NCBI GenBank assembly: GCA_964016885.1
Contig: OZ024741.1
Location: 65,224,001-65,288,000 of the forward strand
DNA: 64,000 nt
Source: Eledone cirrhosa
Taxonomy: Eukaryota
Direction of reading: 5' to 3'
Shown piece by piece: positions 36,805 to 50,600 of the stretch (its first letter is position 1; each line of letters opens with the position of its first letter). Position numbers and translations under genes: made by a program. Under the pieces are notes generated by a model, which did no database searches, was not told the origin of the DNA, and saw only the letters and a program-made list of their open reading frames with translations.

Positions 36805-38215
36805 CCTTCCAGCGGGTCCTGTCTAAAGCAACTGTCTGAATCAATCCAGCTGTATCTCCAAGCAAGACCATCTGAGCTCATGGATGTTATCCACCCATCT
36901 TGATCATGGTCTACCCTTGGGTATCCTGCTGGTTGGTTTTCATGTAAAATCTGTCCAGCAATTCTTTCCTAAGACATTCTAACCACATGTCCTTAATATT
37001 GGAGCTGTGATCTTTCAATGTGGAGAAGTAGACTCTCTGATCTCCGAATTACACACTCTATTGAGTAACTTTACTCCAAAGACCCTTTGGAAGAACCATA
37101 TTTTGGCTGCTTGTATTTGCAATCATATTTCTTTGGTGATATCCAAGATTCCTGGCCATAGATAAAGGTTTGCATGAATATTGAATTAAAGATAACGAGT
37201 TTGACTTTTACACCTGCCTTGCTTCTTCTAATGACCAAAGGCTGAATTGGCATATTACTGCACCAGCTTCTGCAATTCTTGCACTTAATTCAGCCTCTTA
37301 CTTTCTGAGATACTTAAACTTCTACACCTGCTTCAGTGGAACTCCATTCACATGTAGAGTGTACTACACAGTCTTCCTTGAGAGGAGGAGTGTTTCAGTT
37401 TTTGCAGCCTTGATTTTTATTCCTACCATGCAGCACTCACCAGCAAACCTATCAAGTACAAGTTGGAGGTCACCTTCTGACACGTTAAGTAGTACCATGT
37501 CATTTGTAAATTCCAACCAACTGATTCTACACCCACCAGTCTCGATACCACTTCCAACCAGGTTGCACATGTCAATCCTGTCCATGATGATTATGAATAG
37601 GAGAGGTGACAGTACATACCCTTGGCTAAGTCTTACACCCAAACTGAATGGTTTTGTTTTAGCACCATTTATCTGAGCACAGGACATTCATATGAAGACA
37701 TCAGGGCAACAAGGAACTGTCCATCAATCCCATGTTCTGGCAGAACTTTCCACAACAGATCCTGTGGAATGCAGTCATATGCCGTTTTAAGGCCTACAAA
37801 ACAAGCATACACCTCTTGGCAATACTCCCATGATTTCTCAATGACCTGCTGCAGTGTGATATTTGGTCAGCTGTGCTGTGTCTGGGGTGAAAACTACACT
37901 ATTCATTAGCTAGCTTGGGCTTGACAATAGTCCCATATCTCTTTGCCAGATACTTAGCATAGACTTTACTGAAGAGACTTAACAAGGAGATCCCTCTACA
38001 ATTGGAGGCATCTCTCTTGTCTATCCTTTTGAAAATTGGGATTAACACTCACCATTGCCATTGCTTTGGTGCCTTTCCAGAGATCCAGGCTACCTGGCAC
38101 ATGCGAGTCAGCCAGAGAAATACCTTCTCTATTTAAGGTTTTTAATATCTCAGGCCAAATTTCATCTGTACCAGTAGCTCTTTAAGTGCTCTTGTGACCT
38201 CAACCTATGAGAAGT
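36805..38215 (-). mobile_element. Degraded RTE-like LINE (RT to C-terminus)
   Basis: GVRLSQGYVLSPLLFIIIMDRI..ISWLEFTNDMVLL..DLQLVLDRF; many stops and frameshifts. Confidence 0.85.
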
Positions 38216-38924
38216 TAATCATGACTCCGAGAAGTTAATTATCGACCAGTTCTGCCAACCAGCCACCCTCTATAGTCCCTAATAAAAAAAAAAGATGGTA
38301 TGGTTACACCTGGAATACCCTTGATTATACGGCCTGCTAATATGAGGTTAAACAACAACAACACTATGAAGCATGAATGGTAATATGCTGTGTACCATGT
38401 ACACTTTTAACTGATTCTGTCAGCATGTGATAGCTGATGTTATGATAAAGATTTTGATGACAACGATACATTTGATGATGATGATGATGAAGGTAGCAAA
38501 GTTGTCAAGCAGTGTAGTTTGCTACTAAGCTATAGAACATTTCTTGACACACACTCATGTACATATGCACACACATGCCCTCCATGTACACACACAAATA
38601 AACATGGAGCTGGCAATACACCATACTGTATCTTACATAACAAAAATCTGTTATCTTTGCCAAGATCACCATGACATTTGACTTGCGGTCTTCTTATTTC
38701 ATTTGAGCTATCAAAAACAACGCAGTAAACGGCCATAAACTGGAAACAGCCAAACAGAAGATCGCATATTGCTCAAGAAGAGGTGGAACATTGGCATTTG
38801 GAATGTAGTGAAAGTTCCAGATAACTAGGTGACACTATGCTGAAGGCTAGTTTTAGCTCTACCAACTAGAATATGATTACAGGTGGTAGAATTATTAAGA
38901 ACCAGAACAGCTATATCAGTTGAT

Positions 38925-39104
38925 GTTCTCTCCCGCTTTCTCGCTCTCACTTTCACTTTCTTTCTCTCACTTTCGCTTTCTCTCTCTCACTTTTGCTTTC
39001 TCTTGCTCTCGCTTTCGCTTTCTCTCGCTCTCTCTCTCACTCTTTCCCACTCTCTCTCTCGTTCTCACTTTCTCTCTTGCTTTCTCACTATCTCTCACTC
39101 TCTC

Positions 39105-39162
<58 letters not shown>

Positions 39163-39260
39163 TCTTCCTCAATGCCTCTCTCTTTCCCTCTCTCTCTATT
39201 TCCCTCATTCTCCTCCCACCCGCTCTATTACTTCTCTCACCGTCCTTCTCTCTCCTTCAG
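38925..39260. repeat. (CT)n-rich tract
   Basis: Direct reading. Confidence 0.9.
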
Positions 39261-39369
39261 TGTATTTCATTAGAAATACTGTAATGAAAGTGTTAAATAA
39301 ATACCAAAAAAGTTTTTTTTTTATTTGTTGTGTTGGATGGGAGGTAGAGACCACTACTTATAGATTTTA

Positions 39370-39872
39370 AATAATGGTCAAATTAATGCCAGATGCTATT
39401 GACTTTCATAGGCTATCTGATAATGGTCAAATTGGTGCCATTAACTTTCACAGGGCCTCTGATAATGGTGAGATTGATGCTATTAATTTTCTCTGATAAA
39501 TGTAGGTGTTATGACAAAAAAGCACCCAGTCCACACTGTAAAGTGGTCGTCTAGGCACCACCTTAAAAAGCACCCACCACTCACAGTAAATGAGGTTGGT
39601 GTTAGGAAGGGCATCCAGCTGTAGAAATCAAGCCAAAATCAGTTCTGTATGAGCAAGACATGGTCACCTGACCTGGCATTGCCCACAGCAGGACAATCCG
39701 TCTAACTCATGCTAGCACGGAAGAATGGATGTAAAACGGTGATGATCATGATGATGATGATGAATGGTCAAATTGGTGCCATAAACTTTCACAGAACCTC
39801 TGATAATGGTCAAATTGGCGCCATTAACTTTCACAGGCCCTCTGATAATAGTGAAGTCAGAGCGATTAACTT
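39370..39872 (+). repeat. ~42-bp tandem repeat split by an RTE-tail element at ~39500-39762
   Basis: GATAATGGTCAAATTGGTGCCATTAACTTTCACAGG..CTCT units on both sides of the insertion. Confidence 0.75.
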
Positions 39873-41708
39873 TTCACTTAAAGCATTAGAAAGACATGAG
39901 TAAGGTGGGAATTCCAGGAAGTCAAGGTTCTGAGGATGTTTTAGTGCAGAGCTTGGAGGACTTGGATGCAACAGGGATAGTGAGGAAAACAAATGAGATT
40001 GGAGTGTCTGAGTGGAGGGGGCATAAGCCAGTCAGATTTGAAGAGCAGAGGCCATTGTAGTTGTGGTAAGAAAGAGAGTGGTGAATGGTAAAAATACCAT
40101 AGCATCAAACAAAACTATTTATCTTATGACAGGCAACCATTCTTGCAATGAAACAAGAAAGAGCTTTCTATGCAGTGACTTGTTCTACTAAAAATATCAC
40201 ACCCTTAAAAAAAGGAAGGGCATGCTGAAATAATATGGTCCTAGATACACTATGTGACAATGCATGGCCTAGTGATTAAGGTGTTGAACGTAGAATTGTC
40301 ATGAGTTTGATTCTTGAACCAGGAAGCACATTGTGTTCTTGAACAAAACACTTCAGTGAACTCACTCCAGTTCACTCAGCTGAAAATGAGTATCACCAAC
40401 AGCTGGAAGTTAACCCTGAAATTGCCCAGAGAGGGGCCTTGTACTCAGTTACTTAACAGAAATAAAGCTGGGATAACCTCTGGCCTGGTTAGCCTTGAGG
40501 CTTGAAACAAACTCTAACTTTTAATTTAAGATACACTACATTGAAATAAAGTTGAGGTGGTCCTGGATAAAATGCCTTTCCTCATAGGTTAGCTCAATTA
40601 ATACTGATCTGGTGTTAAATAAGAACACAGCACCAAAATATTGTCTTCTAGTTAACTTTACAACTGAAAGTTGTGGTCAAAGAGAGGAGCTACACATTTG
40701 AATACTGCCTTTTATGACAACTAAAATTTTTTCAACACACTGATGCATGGATGTATATGTGTGTGCATGTGTGTATCAGCATATGTATACATTTATATGT
40801 ATGAGTATATAAATATAAATGTGCAAACACAGACACACTTAACAAAAATACACACTCACAAATACATATACACATTCACGTAAATACATATACATTCATA
40901 CAAACACCTACACATACATTTACACAAACACACACACACAGACTCACACACAGCATAGCAAATGGAACGTCAGTCGCTGTTTTGATATAGTTTTTTCACC
41001 ATCCCGTTCCTTCTTTTACACACATATACATTCACACACACATACATTGTGTGACTATAGAAGTCGCTCAAATTTATATATAGATGGATAGAATGCTTTG
41101 TCATATTTGTTCTGGTCCTCTGCACTCTGAGTCTAAATCTCACTGAAGTCAACTTTGATTTTCATCTATTTGAAGTTAATAAAAAACAGTAGTGGGGTTG
41201 ATTCTTCCTCTATATCTCTTTCTCATTTCTTCGCTCTATCACTCTCCCTTCTTCTCTAGAAGAAATCGTCTGTGTTCAGACTTGGAGAGGGGATGGACTT
41301 CGCCAGGTCTAAAATACCCTAGACATGTTATGACAGCATATGTCATGACAACACCCCTAAGATTCTAACAGGAGTTTCATGTCCAAACACACATACTACA
41401 TTTTATATTGTTTCATTAACAAATGGTTTGATTACTAATCATCATCATTACCATCATCATCAATACCATCATCATCATTACCATCATCCTCATTACCATT
41501 GTTCAAGTGTTCTGAGTTCACACCCTGTTGTGGTCAATTTTGCCTTTCATTCTTCTGAGGTTGGCAAACACTGTAGCAGTCTAGGGCGGGGAACAGGAAT
41601 AATCAATAAAGTATAAGTCAGGATGATAGGATATGTCTCATCAGAGGTAGTTTTAACACTGGCTAGATTAACCATGAAAACATTAAGCAAAATATGCACA
41701 TATATGTA

Positions 41709-41786
<78 letters not shown>

Positions 41787-42287
41787 TATGTATGTGTATG
41801 TATCCAAAATTAAATTAAGGGTGTCATGTCTGAGAGACATGTGCCATGTATGTGTATGTATATGTATTTATATACATGTATGTGTATAATCATGTGTATA
41901 TGTATGTATATACATGTATGTATGTATGTACATATTCATATGTATATGTATGTATTATCATTTGATATCTATTTTTCCTGTTATCAAGAGTTATATATAT
42001 ATATAGAGAGAGAGAGAGGTAGAACACTGGATATCCGTAGTGGTAAAGCACTCAGTCCATGGGACAAGTAAGAAAGAAGTGGTTACACAATAGTTAATTC
42101 ACGATATCGATAACAATTGTTTCAACTTAGCGGATCCTCAGCTCATAATGGTCATGGTTATACGGAATAGGAAGGACAACCGTATGAACGTGCATGCGCA
42201 AAAACGGTCACTTCACCCAAGCAATACAAAACCACAGGCAAAAGGTGTAACGGAGATAACTGCAAAAGTCCAAAAAGTAGTTCTAGT

Positions 42288-42428
42288 TGTGGACTAAGTA
42301 TTGATGAACGGATAAATATTCTAAGGAGATTATGCAATAGCGATTGCCTAAACTTAAGAAATGAAATCTTCACACGTTGTCCACATGTCTGGAAACACCT
42401 CTTACATAACTACAAAGCTCCGGATTGA
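42288..42428 (+). pseudogene. C-terminal 46 aa of a Penelope-like GIY-YIG endonuclease
   Basis: CGLSIDERINILRRLCNSDCLNLRNEIFTRCPHVWKHLLHNYKAPD* fits CxLCxxEKxxIL..LNxRxEIxxxCxHxxKxLL. Confidence 0.8.
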
Positions 42429-42600
42429 ATAACAACAACATCCTAATTTTCTTATCAACTAGAACTACTTTTTGGACTTTCACAGTTATCTCCCTTACAC
42501 CTTTCGCTCATGGTTTTGTATTGCTTGGGTGAAGTGACCGTTTCTGCGCATGCACGTTCATACGGTTGTCCTTCCTATTCCGTATAACCATGACTATTAT

Positions 42601-42636
42601 GATCTGAGGAACCGCTAAGGTGAAACAATTGTTCTC
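42601..42636 (+). ncRNA. Minimal hammerhead ribozyme motif in the pLTR; mirror copy at ~42109-42144 (-)
   Basis: GAT-CTGAGGA-ACC-GCTAA-GGT-GAAAC-AATT-GTT-CTC. Confidence 0.7.
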
Positions 42637-42937
42637 GATGTGGTAAACTAACTGTTGTGTTACCACTTCTATATATATATATATATGTATGTATGTATAT
42701 ATATATATTTATATATATATATATATATATATGGAGAAGAAGTTTATGAAACGGAAATGCGGGTATAAAGAATTTATTAGGTAACAATTGTTTCTATAGT
42801 GTATGGGTTACCTATACCTCGCTATTTGAATAATATAAAAATATTATCATAAATATTATCATATATATATAAGTAGAAGGGGTATTTAATTTGTTGGAAA
42901 TCCGACAAATATAAATATAAATGTTTATAACTGATTT

Positions 42938-43310
42938 AGAGCACTCAACAGCTTACTGGAGTAAATATTCAATGATATTAAATAAATGGAAACTATATTT
43001 ATAAAACCATATTTATTTTATTATATATATTTCAAGGGTTCCAAAACACTTTGGTACGCTTTCTTCAGATAAAATACAAAGTTTGTTTTATAAATAGAGA
43101 CATACCCAGGAAAATCATACCTTATCAGTTGGATATTCTCTGGATAGTGAATATCCAGAGAATATCCAACTGATAAGGTATGATTTTTATTTATAAAACA
43201 AACTTTGTATTTTATCTGAAGAAAGCGTACCAAAGTGTTTTGGAACCCTTGAAATATATATAATAAAATAAATATGGTTTTATAAATATAGTTTCCATTT
43301 ATTTAATATT
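42938..43310. mobile_element. Near-perfect fold-back Penelope-like end
   Basis: Arms 42975-43095 and 43189-43310, inner palindrome 43110-43188, tail hairpin 42943-42962. Confidence 0.85.
43208..43270 (+). ncRNA. Type-I hammerhead ribozyme motif; mirror copy at ~43014-43076 (-)
   Basis: TATTTTAT-CTGAAGA-AAG..CCAAA-GTGT-TTTGG..CTT-GAAAT-ATAT-ATA-ATAAAATA; 8-bp stem I. Confidence 0.75.
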
Positions 43311-43989
43311 GTGTATATATACCCACACACTTTTGTAAGGTAGTATAGAAAGGCTTACATTTACATGGAAACTTCTGAAATGAATAAATATATAAGCTAT
43401 TTCTTTAAGTACATCTCTAACTACTTGACATATTTGCTAGTTAGAATCAAATATCTGCTACCAAAAGCCCCTGTTATGTCAACTTATTAATATCACAGTA
43501 CAATGTTGGCCCTTCTTCTTTCCTTTCTTCTGTTCCTTAAGTATTGGCCTCGAAATTTACCATCTGACCTAGAAATTGGGAGACCAACTGCTGCCCAAAT
43601 TGTTATTGCAACAAATGAAATTATTGGTCAATTATAAGGATAGAGGGAGCTGTTGTGGTGGGAGAAATAGAAGTTTTGGTGTGGTTTCTTTTTTGTTTTT
43701 GTTTGTTTTTGTTTTCTCATTCTCCTTTCTTATTGTTTAAAAGAAAGAAAAATAGTGTCCTTGCAACCTTGATGACAATACTACGTTTTTCACACACACA
43801 CACACACGCACTCATGCACACACACATACACGCTCACAGAAATATCATTGTTATATTAAATGGAATTTAATGCATTACACATGCACACAGATATGTATGC
43901 ATGTATAAGTGTGCATATGTGTGTATACACATATATACACACTCACACATACATATATAAACACCTGCACCACACACACATGTGTGCAT

Positions 43990-44540
43990 GTTCACGAAAG
44001 ACAACAGCTGTATAAAAAAGTGCAGGGCGATCAAAATAGACGGAAGCCACGGAGTAGGCAGACCCAGAAAAACCTGGGATGACTTGATAAATTCCAACCT
44101 CACACACTTACACCTTCCAAGACAATGTCACTGGACTGAGATCTTTGGCGCTACACAGTAATACAGAAGACCCGCCTTGCCTAAGTGCAAAACGAAACCT
44201 ACAGTCAGTAGGCACCTCTTACCAAAATACACCCCGTCCCACTACCCCCACCCCATCCACACCACCCCTCTCGATGTAAAGTTATGTTGGTACCACAACA
44301 TCCAGTCCTAAATAAATGAGGTCGTGTAGGTGTCACGCTGTAATGTGGCTGTGTAGGTAACATGGTAAAAACCTCCCAGTCCAGACTGTAAACGTGGTTG
44401 GTGTTAGGAAGGGCATCCAGCCGTAGAAAACCCGCCAGACAGTCCTATGCGAGCAAGACAACCAATCTTGCCTCAAGTGGGAAAATTCCCGTCCAAACCC
44501 ATGCTAGCGTGGAGGATGGACGTTAAACGATGATGATGAT
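43990..44540 (+). mobile_element. 5'-truncated RTE LINE
   Basis: KDNSCIKKCRAIKIDGSHGVGRPRKTWDDLI plus 3'UTR; same subfamily as 7670-8270. Confidence 0.85.
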
Positions 44541-44576
44541 ATATATCCTTGTTTTATTTTATTATATATATATATA

Positions 44577-44928
44577 TCATCATCATCATCATCATCATTC
44601 CATTTTATGTTCGCTTTTTCCCTGCTCGAAAGAGTGGGACGGGAACTGATGCTGGCTTGATTTCTACAGCTGGATGCCCTTCCTAACACCAACCTCATTT
44701 TACAGTGAGTGCTGGGTGCTTTTTTGCCGTGGCACCTCCACGACCACTTTGCAATGGAATGATATGGACCCCAGTCCCTATCATCTCATTTCTACAGCTG
44801 AGTAAACTGGAGCAATGTGAAATAAAGTGTCTTGCTCAAGGAAACAACACATCACCCGGTCTGAGAATTGAACTCACAACCTTTCGATTGCAAAGCCAAT
44901 GCTCTAACAACTAAGCCATGCGCCTCCA
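44577..44928 (-). mobile_element. tRNA-derived SINE (Meta-like core, RTE tail)
   Basis: Reverse complement of 4006-4335. Confidence 0.85.
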
Positions 44929-45194
44929 TATATATGTGTATACACACATAAATATATGTGTGTATACACATATAGCTCCTCCCTGTATATGTATATATGT
45001 ATATATATATATCCATATATATATTCATACTCACGCACATACACAAAAACATACACCACATATACACACATGAGAAAAAGAGGATAGAATTACAGAATTA
45101 CAATAGTATTAAGTAACTAGTGTTCCTTGACACCCTGTTTCATTCTACCCCACCCATACTCTCATATATATAAATATATAAATATATAAATATA

Positions 45195-45705
45195 TGAAGG
45201 CGCATGGCTTAGTGGTTAGAGCATTGGGCTTGCAATCGAAAGGTTGTGAGTTCAATTCTCAGACCGGGTGATGTGTTGTTTCCTTCAGTAAGACACTTTA
45301 TTGTAGTGCACCTGAGCACTTTACACAAATTCATTATTATCACTGGTAATTGCTGGCCTTGTGCCTAAAGTAGAAACAATTATTATTATTTCATTTCACA
45401 TTGCTTCAGTTTACTCACCTGCAGAAATGAGATGACAGGTCGTGGAGGTGCCACGGCAAAAAAGCACCCAGCCCACACTGTAAAGTGGACATGTAGGTGA
45501 CACGGAAAAAAAGCACCCAGCACTCACTGTAAATGAGGTTGGTGTTAGGAAGGGCATCCAGCTGTAGAAATCAAGCCAGAATCATTTCCTGTATGAGCAA
45601 GACAAGGTCAGCCAACCAGACACTGCCCACAACAGGACAACCCGTCCAACCCATGCTAGCTTGGAAGAACGGATGTAAAACTTGATGATGATGATGATGA
45701 TGATA
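45195..45705 (+). mobile_element. tRNA-derived SINE with an internal insertion of CR1-tail and Nin-SINE-tail pieces
   Basis: GAAGGCGCATGGCTTAGTGG head; 45301-45390 holds TGTAGTGCACCTGAGCAC (CR1 tail) and GCTGGCCTTGTGCCTAAAGTAGAAAC (Nin tail). Confidence 0.8.
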
Positions 45706-45980
45706 TATATAAACAATAAAACGAACAAATCAAACAAAAGAAGGTCAAGTTTATTAACTTGAGTAAGGCCTCCTGCTGGTTGTCAAATCCAAGACAGAGG
45801 TTTTAAAAGCTTAAAGTAGAATATTTCACAGCAACACTGTCTGGTCTAGATTTTTTTCTAATTAGTTTTACCTTTCGCTACCTAAACCAACAACAATAAA
45901 AAATGACAACCTGCAACTTTACAACAATTAGACTATATTATATTTACAAAAGTCTACCTGTATAGGTAAGGAACAACACA

Positions 45981-46190
45981 CTTACAGAGTGTACTAGGTG
46001 TATTTAATCATGCCACTGGTACTATAACTTTACAGAGTGTACTAGGTGCATTTAATTGTGACACCAACACTACCACTTTACAGAGTGTACTAGGTGCATT
46101 TAATTGTGACACCAACACTACCACTTTACAGAGTGTATTTGGTGCATTTAATTGTGACACCAACACTACCACTTTACTTGTGTGCTGAGT
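45981..46190. repeat. 48-bp tandem repeat, ~4 copies
   Basis: CTTTACAGAGTGTACTAGGTGCATTTAATTGTGACACCAACACTACCA. Confidence 0.85.
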
Positions 46191-46211
46191 GCTTTTTATA
46201 ATGTTTGACCA

Positions 46212-46435
46212 TTAACCCTTTAGCATTTAAACTGGCCATATCTGGCCAGAATTCTCTCACCTCTTTTCGTTCAAACCAGCCATAACTGGCCACTCATACT
46301 GATGTTAAGGTATTGTTCTCAAAATAAATAGCATCAAAATCTCATCGATTCGATATTATGTGAGATAATTATGTAAGATAAAGCCTTTACCACAAAAATA
46401 CAATGGTATATATAATGTAAATGCTAAAGGTTTAA
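46212..46435. mobile_element. piggyBac-like MITE, family A
   Basis: TIRs with TTAA ends. Confidence 0.8.
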
Positions 46436-47197
46436 AATGGGATGGAATGCTTTTAACAATAGGTTCATTTTATCAGGGTTGATTTATGACAAAACAACTA
46501 TATTTTTTGTAGAACAACATTTATTGAGGAACTGTATTCAGGCAATTAGTCTTCGTAATAATAATATTTCCGTCTTGTGGTTTGCTTTTTCAAATTCCGT
46601 TGCTTTGTTTCTGCTTCTGTGCATGTGTGTGAGTTTGTGTGTGTGTTTGTGTGATCGTGTATGTTTGTGTGTGTGTGTGTGCGCGTGCATGTGTGTAAGT
46701 TTGTGTATGTGTGTGTTTGTGTGTGCATATGTGTGAGTTTGTGTGTGTTTGTGTACTTCCTAACTAATTAAGTTTTTGTTATAGTTTTAATTTGTTAGAA
46801 TATTTTTCATTTTACATATTAAAATTCCAATTAGAATACACACACATCCACACACACACACAGACATACATCCACACACTCACACACACACATCCACACA
46901 CATCCACACAGACCCCCCCCCCCACATCCACACACACATGCACGCACATATATATCTAGTAAATAAATACGTACTCACATATATATTAAAAGTAAATAAA
47001 TACACACCCACATAATATACATTGTTGATGAATAGAAGACTGAGAAGACGACAAAAGAAAGTAGCACTTGATGCATATTAAGTTGCAGAGTAAGTATAGT
47101 TATAATGTACAGTTAGAACTGAGGTTCTGCTTCAGTTCTACTTGATACTAGCAAGTTTCATGACTTGCTAAAACTGAGTTGAAATGAGGAGGGAACT

Positions 47198-47550
47198 CTG
47201 TGTAGGTGTCACGCTAAAAAGCACCCAGCTCACACTGTAAAGTGGTCATGTATGTGTCACGGAAAAAAGCACCCAGTCCACACTGTAAAGTGGTCATGTA
47301 AGTGTCATGATAAAAACCACTCAGTACACACTGTAAAGTGGTCATGTAGGTGTCATGACAAAAAGCACCCAGTACGCACTGTAAATGAGGTTGGCGCTAG
47401 GAAGTGTATCCAACTGTAAAAATCAAGCTAAATTCAGTTCTGTATGAGCCAGACATGGTCACCTGACTTGGCATTGCTCACAACAGGATAACTCATCTAA
47501 CCCATGCCAGTGTGGTAAAATGGACGTTGAACAGTGATGATAATGATGAT
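47198..47550 (+). mobile_element. RTE-tail element with four internal ~46-bp repeats
   Basis: AAAAGCACCCAGT.CACACTGTAAAGTGGTCATGTA repeated four times, then the standard tail. Confidence 0.75.
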
Positions 47551-47594
47551 TATATATAAACAGAAGTGGTACATGTGTTTTTATTGGCAACATG

Positions 47595-47646
47595 AGCTTC
47601 CTGATGATTTCTCACGAATGAAACAGTTCTAATCCTATAGAAGCTT
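47595..47646 (+). ncRNA. Type-I hammerhead ribozyme motif, same family as 60812-60860
   Basis: AGCTTC-CTGATGA-TTTC-TCAC-GAAT-GAAACAG-TTCTAATC-CTATA-GAAGCT; tail hairpin at 47666-47684. Confidence 0.7.
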
Positions 47647-48738
47647 TTCTATATTAAATATTTATACTCTGCTTTGTATTGAGTACCTTACTTACTGTGG
47701 TTACCCCTGATTGAACCCAGGATAAACTTATATATATATATGAGATGAGATTTTGGTTTTGTTTGATTATCAAGTCTGATGAGTCTGATTATCAGGCTGG
47801 AGTTGGGTCTATAGCATTCACATAGATCCTGAACGACCCATCTGTGAAATGGTCGCAATTGTGTATAATCAACAAAGACCTTAATGTGAAACCTTGCTTT
47901 GTTTTTAATGTGTGTGTGTGTGTGTAGATATTGGAATGACTAATACCAAACATTGGCATTGAGAGCTATACACACATAAATATATGTGTGTATACACATA
48001 TATATATCTGAACCAAGTGCCAGTGCAGCCTGCCTAAGACTTCACCTTCTCCATCTAGAGTTACAACCTGATATTGCACTAGGTTAGAATTGAAAAGAAC
48101 ACAGATTTCACAATATAACCTTATAAAAAACAGAAGCGATCTATGTAGTGTTTATTTCAACACATTCAAACAATGCTTGGACATTCTACTGTCTGAGGTC
48201 CTAGATTTGTCTAATTATGACAAGAAACAAGAAATGTATATTAGAGCGTTAATTAAACTTTTAAATTCAAGAAATACTAATTAAGTAAAGAGTCTGTAAC
48301 AATATTGATAGTAGTTGCTTTGCATAGCAACAGAAAACTGGTTGCATAGGACATAAATATTCCTAAATGTTTAACCAGTAAAACTTAAATGTTAGTTACA
48401 ATTGTGCAACTAATATGAGAAATATAAGCGCCCATAGTAGGTGCTCATGCCACTTAATAAGCCTAAAAACTCAGAAACTACTTCTGTGGATAGTAATCTG
48501 GCTAATATAGGTGACAAGGAGCTAACTGCAAACTGTTAAAATAAAGTAATGCCCCTTGAATAATTTATGCCAAACTGAATCAGTGATCTACCAAGCTATA
48601 GTGTCAGTCCCAGGAGACAGATACCACTTAAATCATACATTGGGATGTTTGAGAATAGCTTCAACTAAAAGTCCACATTTACAGGTAGACAAAATATACA
48701 GGACAGTGTTATCAAGCTACATTTGAAAGACTATAACA

Positions 48739-48944
48739 TTAACCCTTTAGCATTTAAACTGGCCAGAATTCTCTCACCTCTTTCTGTTCAAACCGGCTGT
48801 AACCGGCCACTCATACTGATGTTAAGATATTGTTCTCAAAATAAATAACATCAAAATATCATAGATTCAATATTATGTGAGATAAAGCCCTTACCACGAA
48901 AATACAAAAGTATATATAGAGTAATGTAAATGTTAAAGGGTTAA
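48739..48944. mobile_element. piggyBac-like MITE, family A
   Basis: TIRs with TTAA ends. Confidence 0.85.
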
Positions 48945-49959
48945 TAACTTTATCACCACCTGTTTTATACTTCATATCAGCAACAGGTATATTCCTTGCA
49001 GAAATTTCTATGACCTTTGCAATGATGATACATACTTCATTCCCACCAAAATGACAGGCACTTTAAAAGCAATATCAAAACTAATTTCTTAGTTTGTAAC
49101 TGTCTCTAAACTATGTTTGTCTTTCAAGCCACAAAAAATATTATCATGTTATACTAAACCCCTGAACAGTTATACATAACCACTGAAGAGCCAGAAGTTC
49201 ACAGACCACCACCCCATATGAAAAACTAAGACCATTCCATCTTTTTATGGGTACCCTAAATGCATCCAGTACACTCTGTAAAGCGGTTGGTGATAGGAAG
49301 ATCAGTTGGCTATAGAAAAAACTGCCAAACAAAGGGTTGTGAGGATTTCTGAGCTATGTCATAGACATGACAACTTCTGTAGTGATGGTGCTGCAATAAA
49401 ATGCACTTTGTAGAGCACAGAAATGTGGGTAAGCACAATGTTGCTTCCAGTTGTATTAGGAAGTTGGTCACATCAAGGCTCCTTCTGATGTTGAGAGGAA
49501 GGAGTAAAGAGAGGGGTGGTCTAATCAAGGAATGGTTTTCTGGAGGTAAGGATGCAAATTAGGGTGATGTAATTAACAAAAGGTTTTCTAGGGTGGGGGT
49601 AAGAATGTAAACGAGGGAAAGGGATGGTATAATCAAGGAAAGGTTTCTTTGGGGAGGGGGGGAAGAGTAAGGTTGTAAATTATGGGTACTTTATGCCACT
49701 TGCACTATTTTCTCAGCTTTTTGTTTACCATTACCCCCCCTGCCCCCTGTTCCCTCCTCTTCCTCCTTCTCCTCCTCCTCTTCATCTTCCTCCTGTTTCT
49801 ACAGCCTGGTGCACTTATCTTTGCAAGCAATGTGTGCAGTGATTCACTTACCAAAGGACTGGACCTCCTATAATTCCTCCTCCTACTCCTTCCCCAAACT
49901 TTCCTGCCTACGTCTTCCTCACATAAAGACTTTACAGCTGACATTTCAAACACAGCTAC

Positions 49960-50600
49960 AGCCACCACCACTACTACCACCACCATCACCACCACCATTA
50001 CTACACCAATCAAAAATTGTACCACCACTACTACCACCACCATCACCACCACCATTACTACACCAATCAAAAATTGTACCACCACTACTACCACCACCAT
50101 CACCACCACCATTATTACACCAATCAAAAATTGTACAACCACCATCACCACCACCATTATTACACCAATCAAAAATTGTACCACCACCACCACCACCACC
50201 ACTACTATTATCATCACCACCACCATTACTACACCAATCAAAAATTGTACAACCACCACCACCACCACTACTATTATCATCACCACCACCATTACTACGC
50301 CAATCAAAAATTGCACCACCACCACCACAGCCCTTACCACAACCACAACCACCAATACAAACCCTCATACCATTACTACTGCTATAAAACCTTATGCCAC
50401 AACCACCAAAAGTAACACCATCACTGCCACCATCATTAGCACCATCATCACCCCCACTATCATCACTACCACCACTGTCATGAAGCTTCACACAACCACC
50501 ACCAGTACTTCACATACACACACATCATTGCCACCACCGCTAACCCTCATACTATCACCAAAACTATAACTATTCTTCACACATACCACCACCACCACTA
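49960..50600. repeat. (ACC)n tract with six copies of ACCATTACTACACCAATCAAAAATTGTAC
   Basis: Direct reading. Confidence 0.85.

Larger units (their letters stand above)
42045..42669 (+). mobile_element. 5'-truncated Penelope-like element: inverted pLTR, ORF end, then pLTR
   Basis: Arms 42075-42289 and 42456-42669 are inverted repeats enclosing a GIY-YIG C-terminal coding remnant; hammerhead cores in both arms; flanked by (TA)n/(GA)n. Confidence 0.85.

Noticed and set aside
42783-42800. GAAACAATTGTT half-core on the minus strand
   Set aside because: The CTGANGA half is missing; treated as a truncated remnant.
45195-45265. tRNA gene
   Set aside because: A and B boxes are present but run into the SINE body; no acceptor-stem closure or terminator.
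47776-47860. CTGATGA followed by a hairpin
   Set aside because: No convincing GAAA in register and no stem I or III; at best a decayed copy.
49705-50491. Pro/His/Val-rich ORFs
   Set aside because: Translations of an (ACC)n-based repeat.
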